A DNA stretch of 64,000 bases from Mytilus trossulus. Taxonomy: Eukaryota. A model generated the notes under the pieces. It had not been told where the DNA came from and did no database searches. It worked only from the letters and a program-made list of their open reading frames with translations. Below are positions 39,389 to 52,041 of this stretch, piece after piece (within the stretch, counting starts at the first letter, position 1; each line of letters starts with the position of its first letter). The translations under genes were made by a program, and so were the position numbers. The stretch lies in the NCBI RefSeq assembly GCF_036588685.1, contig NC_086380.1, positions 58,156,001 to 58,220,000 on the forward strand. The letters run 5' to 3'.

Positions 39389-40194
39389 TTTTTATGCCCA
39401 CCTACGACCCACCTACGATAGTAGAGGGGCATTATGTTTTCTGGTCTGTGCCTCCGTTCGTCCGTCCGTCCGTCCGTCTGTGCGTCCGTTCAGGTTAAAG
39501 TTTTTGGTCAAGGTAGTTTTCGATGAAGTCGAAGTCCAATCAACTTGAAACCTAGTACACGTGTTGCTTATGATATGATCTTTTTAATTTTAAAGCCAAA
39601 TTAGACTTTTGACCCCAATTTCACGGTCCACTGAACATAGAAAATGAAAGTGGGAGTTTCAGGTTAAAGTTTTTGGTCAAGGTTGTTTTTGATGAAGCTG
39701 AAGTCCAATCAACTTGAAACTTAGTACACTTGTTGCTTATGACATGATCTTTCTAATTTTAAAGCCAAATTAGACTTTTGACCCCAATTTTACGGTCCAC
39801 AGAACATAGAAAATGAATGTGGGAGTTTCAGGTTAAAGTTTTTGGTCAAGGTAGCTTTTGATGAAGCTGAAGTCCAATCAACTTGAAACTTAGTACACTT
39901 GTCGCTTATGATATGATCTTTCTAATTTTAAGCCAAATTAGACTTTTGACCCCAATTTTACCGTCCACTGAACACAGAAAATGAAAGTGGGAGTTTCAGG
40001 TTAAAGTTTTTGGTCAAGGTAGTTTTTGATGAAATTGAAGTCCAATCAACTTGAAACTTAGTACATATGTTCCCTATAGTATAATCTTTCTAATTTTAAT
40101 GCCAAATTAGATTATTACCCAATTTCACGGTCCTTGGAACATGGTAAAGGATAGTGCGAGTGGGGCATCCGTGCACTTTGGACACATTCTTGTT
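39389..40194 (+). mobile_element. Helentron/HINE (DINE-1/pearl-like) non-autonomous element with four ~169-bp internal tandem repeats, in the copy-5 intron
   Basis: T-rich insertion site; subterminal IR atgcccac / gtggggcat; (GTCC)n microsatellite; repeat units start at 39491, 39660, 39829, 39997. Confidence 0.8.
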
Positions 40195-41238
40195 TTCTTT
40201 TCTTTTCTTTTTTTATCTTATTTCAAATAAAAATCCAACTTGTTAACACCACCAATGTTACATGTATTTTGAGTTGAGAAAAATATGGCCACCTTGAAAA
40301 TGTTACTGCATATATAAAATCATTGACAATTAAAAATACATTGTATAACACTGACTGAACATCTCCTATCCATTTTTACCCAAAATACGAAATTCTTTAC
40401 TCCTTCAAAAGGTAAAGATGCAAAATTAAAATAATTCAAGTCATGAATATATTAATAAATTAATTGTATATTTGAGTATTGTGTTGCTTTATTATTTATT
40501 TCACGCTTTTTAATGTTAACGTGGAAGGCCAAATAATTTCAATAGATAAATGCATTCCTTAGCAAGAGCAGGAATTTGAAAGACCTTTGGATGATAGTTT
40601 GGAAAGGGAATTAAAGTGACAGCTTTAATGATGTATAAACAGCTGCAGGCCACCCATAGTCCCTTTAGAGAGTTTTTGCAAGGGTTCAATGACGTGCTAC
40701 AGGCATACAATTCGCCTTTCACGAGTCATCGGACTTAGCGCCATCATTGACCTGAAGTTGTCAGTGTATTTATAAACTAATTAGATATAGGAAGATGTGG
40801 TGTTCGTGCTAGTAAACACTGGACAGCCAATTGGGCTTTCATCATTAGAGAGGATGCTACTTATTGAACGGGAGTAGTAAAGGGATGGGCATATTTCTAT
40901 ACCTAGGCAAATGCTTTTGGTATGCCCTTTAACCTTGCTTTAAAATGTACTTTTGTTGACCTTTGATCCGTCTTCAATCTAATCCCGTGATAAAAACTAA
41001 CAAAGGTTTACTTGTATCATAAGTAATCATATTTGTAACATGGCACTTGGGTTCCATGTAAATGATCAATGTTAGATTTATTATGTCAAATTTACTGTGT
41101 TTACGTGTATTTTCATACTTACTAATTGTATTTTTTAACTCACTATTAGAAATAGTTGAAGCCGGATCTTTTCTTTCAAAAATAAAAGGAGATTTTCAAT
41201 GACAATTTTTTTACTTTTGAATTATTCTTTTTTGCAGC

Positions 41239-42927
41239 ATGTCGAGTAAATATACTGTTTGTGGAGTATGCAACTATCAGAACATTAACACACCATCAGT
41301 GGTCTGGTGTTCGGAATGTGACGAAGGACTTTGTGAAAAATGTAAAGTGCACCATACAGCTTCAAAAGGGTCGAGAAACCATAGTATCGTTCAAATCTCG
41401 GAGTACCAGAAGCTTCCTTCCAATTTATTGGAAATTACTCAAACATGTTCAAAACATGATGAAAAATACCAAATATTTTGTAAGAAACATGATATTCCAT
41501 GTTGTAGACGATGCGTTATTGAAACACATAACGATTGCAAAGATTTAAACGCGATAGAGGATGTCATTAAGAATGTAAAATCTTCAAGTGCATTTTTAGA
41601 GATGGAACACGTGTTGAAAGAACTTTCAGAAAATTTGCAGAGAATAAGAATAGATAGACAAGAAAACATTAAAAGTCTAACTGAGAACAGGACAAAAATC
41701 GAAAAAGAAGTTCAGCAGACACGAAGCCTGATTGACAATCATCTGAATAGGCTACAAGAAAAATTGATTAAAGAGTTGTATGACGTTGAGGAAAAGGAAA
41801 ACGAAAGCATCACAAACTTAATAACATTAATCAAAGAGAAAGAAAGAGAAATTATCGAATGTCAAACTACTTTAGATAAAGTAAAACAACATGCATCTGA
41901 CCTCCAGTCGTTTTTGGCTATAAAACACATCCAACGCGATGTCACGATCAACCAACGATTTCTGGAATCGTTGATAAAAGAAAAGAAAATGAACCATGCA
42001 TTTATTTCTTGGAAAAACGAAAATGCTTTGGACATCTTCCCTGTCCAAACCAAGAAGATGGGCACCATAATATTAGATACCAGGTCAGTAGATACAATAT
42101 TAACCAACAGAAAGAACAAACAAGCACAGATAAAAGTGCCTACTACACATGTTCCTACCATTAATGATATCAAACTTACTTTAAAACAGACGGTGAAAAC
42201 ACACGGACAAGATATCACAGATTGCTCCTTACTTCCTGATGGCAGAATGATTTTTCCCTGCAGTACTCGTCAACAAATCCACGTACTGAAAACCGACGGG
42301 TCATTAGATTTTACATTGAATTCAGAATTCCGTATATCGCATATATACTTTATCGAGGAAAGTCAAAAACTTGTCGTAACAACTGGGATGATCCCCAAGT
42401 GTGTTATGGTTATTAATATGAAGAGTAGAAACACAGAGAAATCGATTGAAGTTGAATCAGAGATTTATGGAATAGTTCATAAAGATGGAGAATTGTTCTA
42501 TAATGGATATAAAAGAGGATTATGTGTTGTAAGTTTAGATGACGACTCTGATACCCAGTTAGTAAAAGTTTCCTTGGCTCGCTATAGCAACATTGCAATA
42601 TGGTCAGAACAACTTTATTTTATATGTAATGATGATTCAGTAACATGCTGTGATCTTAAAGGGACATTGAAATGGAAATTAGAGCAGAAAACATTTCTCA
42701 CAAGCGCACGAGGTATAACAGTGGACAATTACGGACGTGTTTACGTATCAGGATTTGCATCTAACAATGTCGTCGTGATTCCACCGGATGGAAACAAACA
42801 CAGAGTGTTGCTGTCAGAAAAAGATGTTCTTATAAAACCACAGTCTCTTTTCTTCGATCGAAAAAATAACAAGCTACTAATTACAAATCAACGCAATGAA
42901 GCATTTCTTTATGACGTCTCAAACTGA
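41239..42927 (+). CDS. RING-less TRIM-like protein, copy 5, 562 aa
   Basis: Intact ORF starting MSSK after ttttttgcag c ATG; same domains. Confidence 0.9.
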   Translation: MSSKYTVCGVCNYQNINTPSVVWCSECDEGLCEKCKVHHTASKGSRNHSIVQISEYQKLPSNLLEITQTCSKHDEKYQIFCKKHDIPCCRRCVIETHNDCKDLNAIEDVIKNVKSSSAFLEMEHVLKELSENLQRIRIDRQENIKSLTENRTKIEKEVQQTRSLIDNHLNRLQEKLIKELYDVEEKENESITNLITLIKEKEREIIECQTTLDKVKQHASDLQSFLAIKHIQRDVTINQRFLESLIKEKKMNHAFISWKNENALDIFPVQTKKMGTIILDTRSVDTILTNRKNKQAQIKVPTTHVPTINDIKLTLKQTVKTHGQDITDCSLLPDGRMIFPCSTRQQIHVLKTDGSLDFTLNSEFRISHIYFIEESQKLVVTTGMIPKCVMVINMKSRNTEKSIEVESEIYGIVHKDGELFYNGYKRGLCVVSLDDDSDTQLVKVSLARYSNIAIWSEQLYFICNDDSVTCCDLKGTLKWKLEQKTFLTSARGITVDNYGRVYVSGFASNNVVVIPPDGNKHRVLLSEKDVLIKPQSLFFDRKNNKLLITNQRNEAFLYDVSN

Positions 42928-43289
42928 ATTAATACACTATTCTTGAGATGGGCTGTTTTAGTATGTTTTATCAACGATTAACGTTGAACTGTTCTCTGTG
43001 TGTTCTTATAAATGAAACATGTGAAATACGGTACAAATTTGGTATGTTCTAATTACATTTGTAATCGCAACAATTATTTTTATATAAACATAAAAACTTA
43101 CGCTAATTGTGGACTAGTCATTAGTGTTGATTTGATTGAAAATGTTATGAAAAATGTTTTAAAGTGATTGACAGTTCAAAAGGCTTTCAGGACGACCACA
43201 ACACGTTTCCTCTCTTACTGCATATTTGTTCCTAACCATTTATAAATGATAGTTTATAACATGTTATGTTTATGGTAATGCATTATTGA

Positions 43290-44933
43290 TCTGATTTGCA
43301 GTAATTAATTCTCCATGGTAATCTTTGATGCGATATAACGATGTCATGCTTCTCCAGAATCGTCCGAATATCGTGAATATATTCACCCTTCCATTTTTTG
43401 TCATATTCCCGAGAAAAAATATTTCTCAAATATATAAGTCTATCTCCACCTCCAAGTTTAAACCTGAAGTGGTAGTGTTTCTTTAACTTTCAAGAATGCG
43501 GTCTTGAAAAATATGTCGATAAGCTTATAGCTTCTTCATTTTCCTTTTTCACTTCTAGAGGTGACATGTCGATAGTGCTATGAAAAGTATGGTTATATCC
43601 ATTTGCAAAGCTTTGAAGCTTGTCTATGTATCTGTAAGACTGATTGTACGAAAAGTAGCGAAATATTTTCGTTTTTATTGATTTTATAACACGCTCGAAC
43701 ACTGATGCTTTTACCTCATTAAACGCATAAAAATGATTAATCTCTTCCTTTTTAAAAACTGTCTAAATTCTCTTTGCCTTGAACTCCTGTCCTATATCCG
43801 TTCTTATTCTATTTAAGATTCGGCCTGTTTTAAATATGTCTTGAAATGCAGTTGCCACGGACTCTCCTTTTTTGTCTTTTAGTTTACGTATCTATAAATA
43901 CTTTGAAAACACATCAATGACTACTAATACGTATTTATATTTTTTATTGTATTTTGAAAATTTCACTATATCAATAAGGTCAGCAGACCATTGGTCATCT
44001 ATGCCGGCAACAACGATTTCCGTTCTATTCTGTGGTTTCCTAAATGTTCGTTGTAAACTGTATGGTTCCTGGCTTTGTGAATACAGGCAACAGTAGTATA
44101 CCGCTGTTCAAAACTCATAAATTCATGGACAAAACACAAAATCGGAGTAACAAACTAAAACCGAGGGAAACGCATTAAATATAAGAGGAGAACAACGACA
44201 CAACACTGAAATGTAACACACACAGAAACGGACCAAGCATCAGACCAAATCCCACGGGAATAACAAATATAACATCAAACCCAAATACATGAATTTGGGA
44301 TAAACAAGTACCGGGACACGTCTTATTGCCATGTGAATTTACACTAAAAAAAAAAGAGAAAACAAACGACCCAACGTCAAAATGTAACACACACAGAAAC
44401 GAACAGTAATATAACAATGGCCATCTTCCTGACTTGGTACAGAATGTTTTTAAAGCGGAAAAAATGGTGGGTTGAACCTAGTTTTGTGGCATGCCAAACC
44501 TCGCACTTTAATGGTCATGTTAAATATAACATTGAAATGACAACATAATATTACAGGACTACAATACAAATAAATAGGAGAACATATTAGACAAAGAAAC
44601 ACATGATTAATAGATAACAAAAAGCATCAGGTTTAAAATTCAATACGCCAAAAACGCGCTTCGTCCACACAAGATTAACCAGTGACATCCAGATATAAAA
44701 GATCGAAAGTGAAAAAAGTACAAAGTTGTACAAAGTTGTACAGCACTGAAGATCAAAAGTTGAAAAAGGTTGTGTCAAATACGGCTATGTAACCATTTTC
44801 TTATCTTATATTTACTAATTTTGAATTTCCCATCTTTTTGTATATAATTATAAAATTTGTCTTGTCCCGAAAAACTAGCAGGATTTGATGGAATATAGTA
44901 GATTTCCTTTAGATGTTTCTCCAATGCAGACAT
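43290..44933 (-). pseudogene. Polinton-type integrase, disrupted by stops/frameshifts and a repeat insertion at ~44082-44782
   Basis: MSALEKHLKEIYYIPSNPASFSG..KWLHS / QEPYSL..GIDDQWSADL..VIDVFSKY..IRTDIGQEF..ERVIKSIK..YNHTFHSTIDMSP (D,D,E triad). Confidence 0.85.
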
Positions 44934-45506
44934 GTTGTCAATACAAATATTGAAATGGTCATAATGAAATCCGTGTGATACAGTATGTTTTAAAGGATTA
45001 GTCTTTCTCCTGTACATCTTTGTCAGTGTCCTCTTCATCGTCCTCATCGTCTTTATCCTCAGTGTCACTATACGTTTCAAGGTAATCATCATCAAATAAT
45101 TCATTAAATTGATGTCGATTTTTAATGAGAATACGCCGAATTTGAATTTCGTTATCTGTATTGTTTTCAACAACATCCTTAATTTGTCGTACAATGTCAG
45201 AGCGCACATTGCTTTTATCTAGGGGAACAATCAGTTTCAACAATTCAGTATAGCGTTTAAAAAACTGACCTTGAACTATAGGGCTTATTTTTTTATTGCT
45301 TTGTCATGTTTGTTGAATTGCGTCTTCCTCATTCATACCCTCTTTCTCGTACTTTTCGTATTTTTTATCCCAAGTACGGTATCTTTCGCTGTATCAATGG
45401 CTGCATGTAATATGGTTTTGTATCCTTCATTGTCGTCTATATTAACATATTCACTACTATCGTCTGAACCACTATCATATTCAATCCATTCTAAGGCTGA
45501 CTTTTT

Positions 45507-46530
45507 TTAAGGATTTTCGTTATCTAGGTCTTCGTTGTCTCTTTTTCTTTTGAAAGATTCGTTTTCTGAACACCAATGTTTGATATGTCTTTGTAAATCG
45601 CGCATGCTGTCAAGCACTACTCCACAATCGTCACAAGAGGGCATATTGTCATACGTCTGTTTACCAGGGTTGTCTTCGTAATAAGTAGCGGCTGAAAGTT
45701 GCTCTGTATTTATATTATTTGAAGAAGGAATTACATCATTGGTCTTTGTTAATTGTTGCTCTAAAACGTTTCCAAGCAATCGGTTCGATTCTGATGTCGT
45801 TGGTTTTAAATTCACAAGAAGATATCCAAATGATTTACTAGTTGATTCTTCAATTTTTTCTAAAAAGTATAATACTTTTCCCGGATACATTTGTCTGTCT
45901 AGAGTCATTATCTGTTGTTTATCTACAGGTTTGTTAAATAATACCAAGTAATGACAATTTCTTCTTTGTGTAGGATCTTTACTGAAGTAAAGATTCTGAT
46001 TTAATACTACAACTGATAACTTCCTATTATGGCTACCTTCCGTAAACAAGTCAGTGATTCTAGGATCTTTTGCTGATGTTGACATTAAATCGTCGAAAAC
46101 TATCATATTTCTTACACTTGGATCAATAAAGCTATTCTTCTCTAACTCAACTGGTATCCCATGTATAAATTCGATATACGGTCTAACTGTCTTTTGAATT
46201 TCGTTGTAGAGTGGTTGCCAACGTCTGTATAGCCATATTATTCTCTGAATAGTAGGCTGAATAAATCTTGAATTTTGGAGAAGTTATTTCAATGTTTTGC
46301 CACATGATGTTGGTCCACTTACTGTCATTGTGAATGGATGCTTAAAAACCAAGTGTTCTGTTTCCTCCTCCTGGGGCGGCGGCGGAGGAGGTGATATTCT
46401 TTCCCTCTGCGGCGGCGGCGGGTCCGCATGACTGGTCAGCGGATATGGTTCAGTGATTCCATGTTTGTTTCTATGATGCCGCATCATAACGTCTTTTCTA
46501 GAAATTTAAGTTTACATACGGGACACATTT
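45507..46530 (-). pseudogene. A32/FtsK-like packaging ATPase with flanking zinc-finger motifs, frameshifted
   Basis: HPFTMTVSGPTSCGKT (Walker A), MIVFDDLM (Walker B), FTEGSHNRKLSVVVLNQNLY, RRNCHYLVLF. Confidence 0.85.
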
Positions 46531-46649
46531 TATCATCAATCTATTCTCGTACGAAGGCAGCTGTTAACTGATATATCTTTCCAGTGTTTCAATTTATATA
46601 GGCAATAACTGGTTAGTGTCTTTAAAAATCAGCTGTATGTGTATGAGGC

Positions 46650-46755
46650 TACGAAAGTGGTGTTATGTGAGCTGTTGCGATCCCAACACAGGAATGGCTC
46701 GCAACAGCTCACATTACACCTGTTTCGTATATTGATTAAAATTTAATCAATATAC
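46650..46755. repeat. Two adjacent inverted repeats
   Basis: 31-bp arms 46650-46680 / 46699-46729 (28/31 paired, 18-nt loop); perfect 14-bp arms 46727-46740 / 46742-46755. Confidence 0.85.
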
Positions 46756-47675
46756 TTAATTATTTTATTTATTGTCATAATATATTATTAATTAAGAAAA
46801 CACAACATTTCCTTAATTTTTAACTAATTTAAAAAAAATGACCACTCTACCCTTGTCGAAAATTCCCTCCTCCAAACAAAATGGCGGCTTTAGCATTGGG
46901 TCAATGGGGAATAAGTGGTATAGTCTTACAAGGATGACTATTATTTTCAGCTCATAATAAATATTTTGGATATTCAAAGTTGAGAACGAACGTTTAATGG
47001 TCTATTGGTCAACGACAAGTTTTCGTGATACAATTCTTTTCTTTGACACTATACCCAAAACGTCAACTACATTTGGTGTCAAGGGTTCATTTAACTTTTG
47101 ATCCTTATGAGCTTTATGATGAATAAATTCATCAAAAGTAAAATAACAAAATATCGAACTCGAAGGATAATTCGACACGGACAATTTTGTATTAAATGGC
47201 AGTCATTAGTTTTCTGAAATGTGTTTTGTGTACAATTGTTTGTCTGTATGTCTTTTTCTTTTTGAATCATGGCGTAATCAGATCAATTCCATGTTAGAGT
47301 TTAGAGGTCCCGTTGGTATCTTTAATCTATCTTAGACTCAATTTCAGGACGCCCAAAGAACAAAACATTAATGTCTTTAATATATAATTTATCAACGCGA
47401 TAAATCATATTTCGCTACCTGTAAATTCTTGACCTTCATTAAAACCAGAAATGCTGCAAATGGTGTCTTCATTTTTTTTTCAGTTCGCTTTCAAAAACCT
47501 GGAACAAACGTTGCTTATCATGTAAAACATATTTAGAATTTTGTAATTATTTTCAAAATCATTGGAGAGTTCAGTCCACAAATTTATATACTAGTATATG
47601 TTCATTGCCAATAACTTTTTGACAATGAAATATCGTCAGTGATGATTGAGGTAAACACATTTCATTATAAAAATA

Positions 47676-47782
47676 CATACTACAATAGATATAAACGAAC
47701 TGTTCAAAAACATACTACAGTAGAAATAAACGAACTGTTCAAAAACATACTACAGTAGAAATAAACGAACTGTTCAAAAACA
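47676..47782. repeat. 35-bp tandem repeat x3
   Basis: catactacagtagaaataaacgaactgttcaaaaa at 47676 (two mismatches), 47711, 47746. Confidence 0.9.
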
Positions 47783-47858
47783 AAAAGAACACAAAGATCT
47801 AGATTAGAATGCATATTTCAAATCGCTCATAGTCGAAGTATCATAGATTAGCTTGTCA

Positions 47859-47966
47859 TTTTGAATTTAACCGCGATATTATACTCATCAGAAAGTATGT
47901 ACTGGTCACGTGTGCAAATATCTGCATTGGATCAATTGATAGACATTTTCTGGATCTCAGGTAAAA
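47859..47966 (+). promoter_or_regulatory. Putative core promoter and non-coding exon 1 of copy 6 (intron 47961..48885)
   Basis: GGTCACGTG at 47904, tctcag|GTAAAA at 47961. Confidence 0.62.
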
Positions 47967-48886
47967 CAACATTTTGAACACTTACAATGACATGATTGAT
48001 AAGTAGTAGATTTGTTTTTCGCAAATAGAATCAAGTTTTATAATTTTTGATTTTCATATTTAATGCAAGTCAAGTAAATCAAAGACTTAAAGATTCCTCT
48101 TTCGTTTTCGCTTAGCAAATAACATGTATACGGTTTAAATAGTTTATATTACTTATCACATATCTAAACATTGGGTGTGCGAAAGAATAGTAGAAATAAC
48201 TACTTAAAAAACCACGAACATGTAGTATTGATAAAATCATTTTCATTTTTCTTGTATTTCATGTATCTTCTTTTAAATGAAAATTTGAATTTGTTCAAAC
48301 GACTTATTTGAATGTTATTTTGAGTACACACTAAACTGTTCATCTTGAAAATGTTAAAATCTTAAAAGCTGCATTGACAATTGATAATTGACCTTGCCTC
48401 AAAATGTACTTCTGTTGGTCTTTACCCTATCCCCAGTTTAATCCTGTGATTATACAAACAAATGTTTACTTGTATCATAAGTAATGATATTTGTAGTTTG
48501 GCACACGAAAAAGTACATTTCTATGTCAAAGATAAATGTTCCAGATTTATCTTGTCAAATTAACTTTGTATACTTGTCTTAATATACTTGTTTACTTGGT
48601 GTTTTATTTACATACTGTGACAAATAGTTGATGCAGGAACTTCTGTTACAGAAATAAAAGGATGACAATTAGTTAACGCCTGCCACAATAATTATTTAGT
48701 CAGCAGTATTACCTGACATTTCACAACTTACTCCTGTTCTGAAAAAATAATGAATATGTATATCAAGCATTCGTTGATTGTTTATAAAAAATGGGGAAAA
48801 AATCATATGTAAGGATTTGTGTAACCTCGAGCTCTGTCAAACTTTAAAGGCAATATTTACTCTTTAAATTTCTTTTTTTTTGCAGC

Positions 48887-50574
48887 ATGTCGAGTAGATT
48901 AACTGTATGTGGTGTATGCGACTACCGCAACATTAGACAACTATCAGTGTGTTGGTGTTCAGAATGCGACGAAGGACTTTGTGAGGGGTGTAAAGATCAT
49001 CATGCAGCTTCAGAGGGGACCAGAGATCATGGTATTGTTTAATCTCTGAGTACCAGAAGCTTCCTACCAATATATTGGAAATTACTCAGACATGTCCAAA
49101 ACACAGTGAAAAATACGTTATATTCTGTAAGAAACATGATATTCCATGTTGTAGACGATGCGTTGTTGAAACACATAACGATTGCAAAGATTTGAACACG
49201 ATAGAGGATGTCATTAAGAATGTAAAATCATCAAATGCATTTTCAGAGATGGAACAAGTGTTGAAAGAACTTTCAGGAAATTTGCAGAATGTAAGAAAAG
49301 ATAGACAAGAAAACATTCAAAGTATAAGGGAGAATAGAACACAAATAAAAAAAGTTCAGCAGACACGAAGCCTGATTAACAATCATCTAGATAAACTGCA
49401 GGAAATTTTGATAAATTTTAAAGAGTTGTATGACGTTGAGGAAAAGGAAAACAAAAGCATCATAAACATAATATCATCAATAGAAGAGAAAGAAAGAGAA
49501 ATCACCGAAAGCCAAACTGTTTTAGATAAAGTGAAACAACACCCATCAGACCTCCAAACGTTTCTGGCTATGAAACATATCCAACGAGATGTCACAATCA
49601 ACGAACAATTTCTGGAATCGTTGATGAAAGAAGAGAAAATCAACAATGCATCTATTTCTTGGAAAAACGAAAATGCTGTGGAGATTTTATCTAACCAAAT
49701 CAAGAAGATTGGAACCATCATATTAGATACCAGGCCAGGTGATACGATATTGACAAGCAGGAAGAAGCAACAAGCACAGATAGTGCAACCTACATCACCT
49801 GTTCCTTCCATTGATGATATAAAACTTACTTTACGAAGGACCGTGAAAACATTTAGAGGTGATATCACTAGTTGCTGCTTTCTTCCTGATGGCAGAATGT
49901 TTTTTTCCTGTTACGCTAATGATCAAATCCACGTCTTGAAAACCGACGGATCATTAGATTTTACATTGAAGCCGGGATCGAAAACATCTCATATAGATTT
50001 TATCGAGAATAGTCAAACACTTGTCGTAACATCTGGCTGTGTCTACAATCACATTAAGATTATCAATGTGATAAACAGAAAAACCGAGAAATCTATTGCT
50101 GTTGGAACACAGATTTATGGAATAGTTCACAAAGATGAAAATTTTTTTTACAATGGGGAAAGTCGTGGATTACATGTTGTAAATTTAGATGATGGCTCTG
50201 ATACCCAGTTAGCAGACGTTTCCTTAACTCTCTGTAGCAGCATAACAACATGGTCAGATCAACTTTATTTTATAAACGCGGAGTCAGTAACATGCTGTGA
50301 CCTCCAAGGGACATTGAAATGGAAATTAGAACTTAACACTTTTCTTACAAACGCAATGGGTATAGCAGTGGACAATTATGGACGTGTTTACGTTTCGGGT
50401 TTTGAATCCAACAATGTTGTCGTGATTTCAACAGATGGAAGCAAACATAGAGTTTTGCTGTCAGGGAAAGATGGCCTTAAAAGACCACAGTCTGTGTGCT
50501 TCGATCGAAAAAACAACAACCTTCTTATTGCAAATCAACAGAATGACGCGTTTATTTATGACGTTTTAAAATGA
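48887..50574 (+). pseudogene. Frameshifted TRIM-like copy 6
   Basis: ATG at 48887 (MSSRLTVCGVCDY...) reads 51 codons to TAA at 49040-49042. gtttaatctctgagtac is 1 nt shorter than paralog gttcaaatctcggagtac. The rest continues in another frame (ORF 49075..50574). Confidence 0.85.
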
Positions 50575-51752
50575 ATTGATACAACATAACATAAATTAGC
50601 TTCTTAGTAGTTATAATATAATGATTGTAGTGAAAAGCGTTGGATTGGGCTCTTTGTTTTCTTACAAATGAACATCGGCAATTCTGTTGAATGAAAGATA
50701 TTATATATTTGAATACTTTATAGACGTATTATGTAATCAAGTCAGCTGTAGTCGCTCAAATTCCTTTTTATTTATTTATAAAAAGTTGTATAACTTGTTT
50801 TCCCATTCAACAACACAAAAAGATAAAGCCATTAGGGTTATGCTTAAAAATGTTTTAATAATTTATTTTATGCATCTTCTTTTTTATATTAATGATTTTA
50901 AGTTGATTATATCTGTCTGGCACGGCTGAATATTTGTGCACTTTTGTTTAGACATTAATTCATAAATTTCTCATACTAAAGTTCATGCCAAATTCATTTG
51001 TTCTCCTCTTTGTTTTTCATTGCTCTATTCTATTCTATTGCATCTTCCTTTCTTTTTTTCTTTGAGTGTTTTTTTTACATTAGTAGCAACATCGCAAATG
51101 GACGTTTCGTTGTATTAACATTGTATTCCTGCATTGATTTTTTTACCTAGATTATACCGTTGGTTTTCCCGTTCAAATGGTTTTGCACTAGTAATTGTGG
51201 GGCTCTTTATAGCTTGTTGTTCGGTGTGAGCCGAGGCTCCATGTTGAAGGCCGTACATTGACCTATAATGAGTCACTTTTATAAAGTATCATTTGGATGG
51301 AAAGTTGTCTCATTGGCACTCACACCACATCTTCTTATGTCTATTGAAAGGCTTCTTTATATCTATAATAATACCAAACTATAAAATGATCATTCAAAGA
51401 AATAGACATCGGCTTAGAGTAAGATTGCATATTTCGTGATCTATTGTTATAATAAAGAGGAGATGTGGATTATGACTGTCCAATAGTTTAATTAAAGTAA
51501 AACGGAGAAGAAGAGTGTTAACAAATTTTTATCCCAGTTCGGCTTTCCACATTAGTTTAATTGCATTGTGTCAGGACCATAGTTAGGATAACAGTTTAAT
51601 GTATTTCAAACGCAACCACAGAAAATTAAACTGAAAAAAAATGCGTTACATTGAACATTGTGCATGTTTATTCTGTTTACTCATTTTGGAGAATTCCGTC
51701 GGTATTTTATTGTTACCTGAATTTGTCTATTCGTTGTCGATTTGCGATATAA

Positions 51753-52041
51753 GGGAGCTATCATCTGATTTTTATGGAGCGGGTGGGGTGTGGGGGGGGG
51801 GGGGGGGGTCTGGGGGGCTAGGATGAAATTTGAAAAAATAGGCAAGACAGGAGTTTTGAGTAAAAAAAAAAGGCAGGATAAGATACTTGCAAAAAAAAGG
51901 CAGGTTAAACTAAAAAAAAAGGCAGGACTGAACAGAGAGAAAAATAAAAAGGCAGGACAGAAATTACAGCTAAAAAAATGCAGGACAAAATTTTTCAACC
52001 TAGCCAACCCCTTTCCCCTTAAAAATCAAATGGTAGCTCCC
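51753..52041. mobile_element. PIF/Harbinger-type MITE
   Basis: TIRs gggagctatcatctgattttta / taaaaatcaaatggtagctccc; TAA TSD; internal aaaaaggcagga repeats. Confidence 0.75.

Larger units (their letters stand above)
43280..46760 (-). mobile_element. Decayed Polinton/Maverick (adintovirus-like) fragment
   Basis: Adjacent retroviral-type integrase and A32-like packaging ATPase remnants on the same strand; no TIRs, pPolB or capsid seen. Confidence 0.85.

Noticed and set aside
39491-40160. Regular repeats as a possible CRISPR array (also 47676-47782)
   Set aside because: Contiguous tandem units without unique spacers, no cas genes, eukaryotic context.
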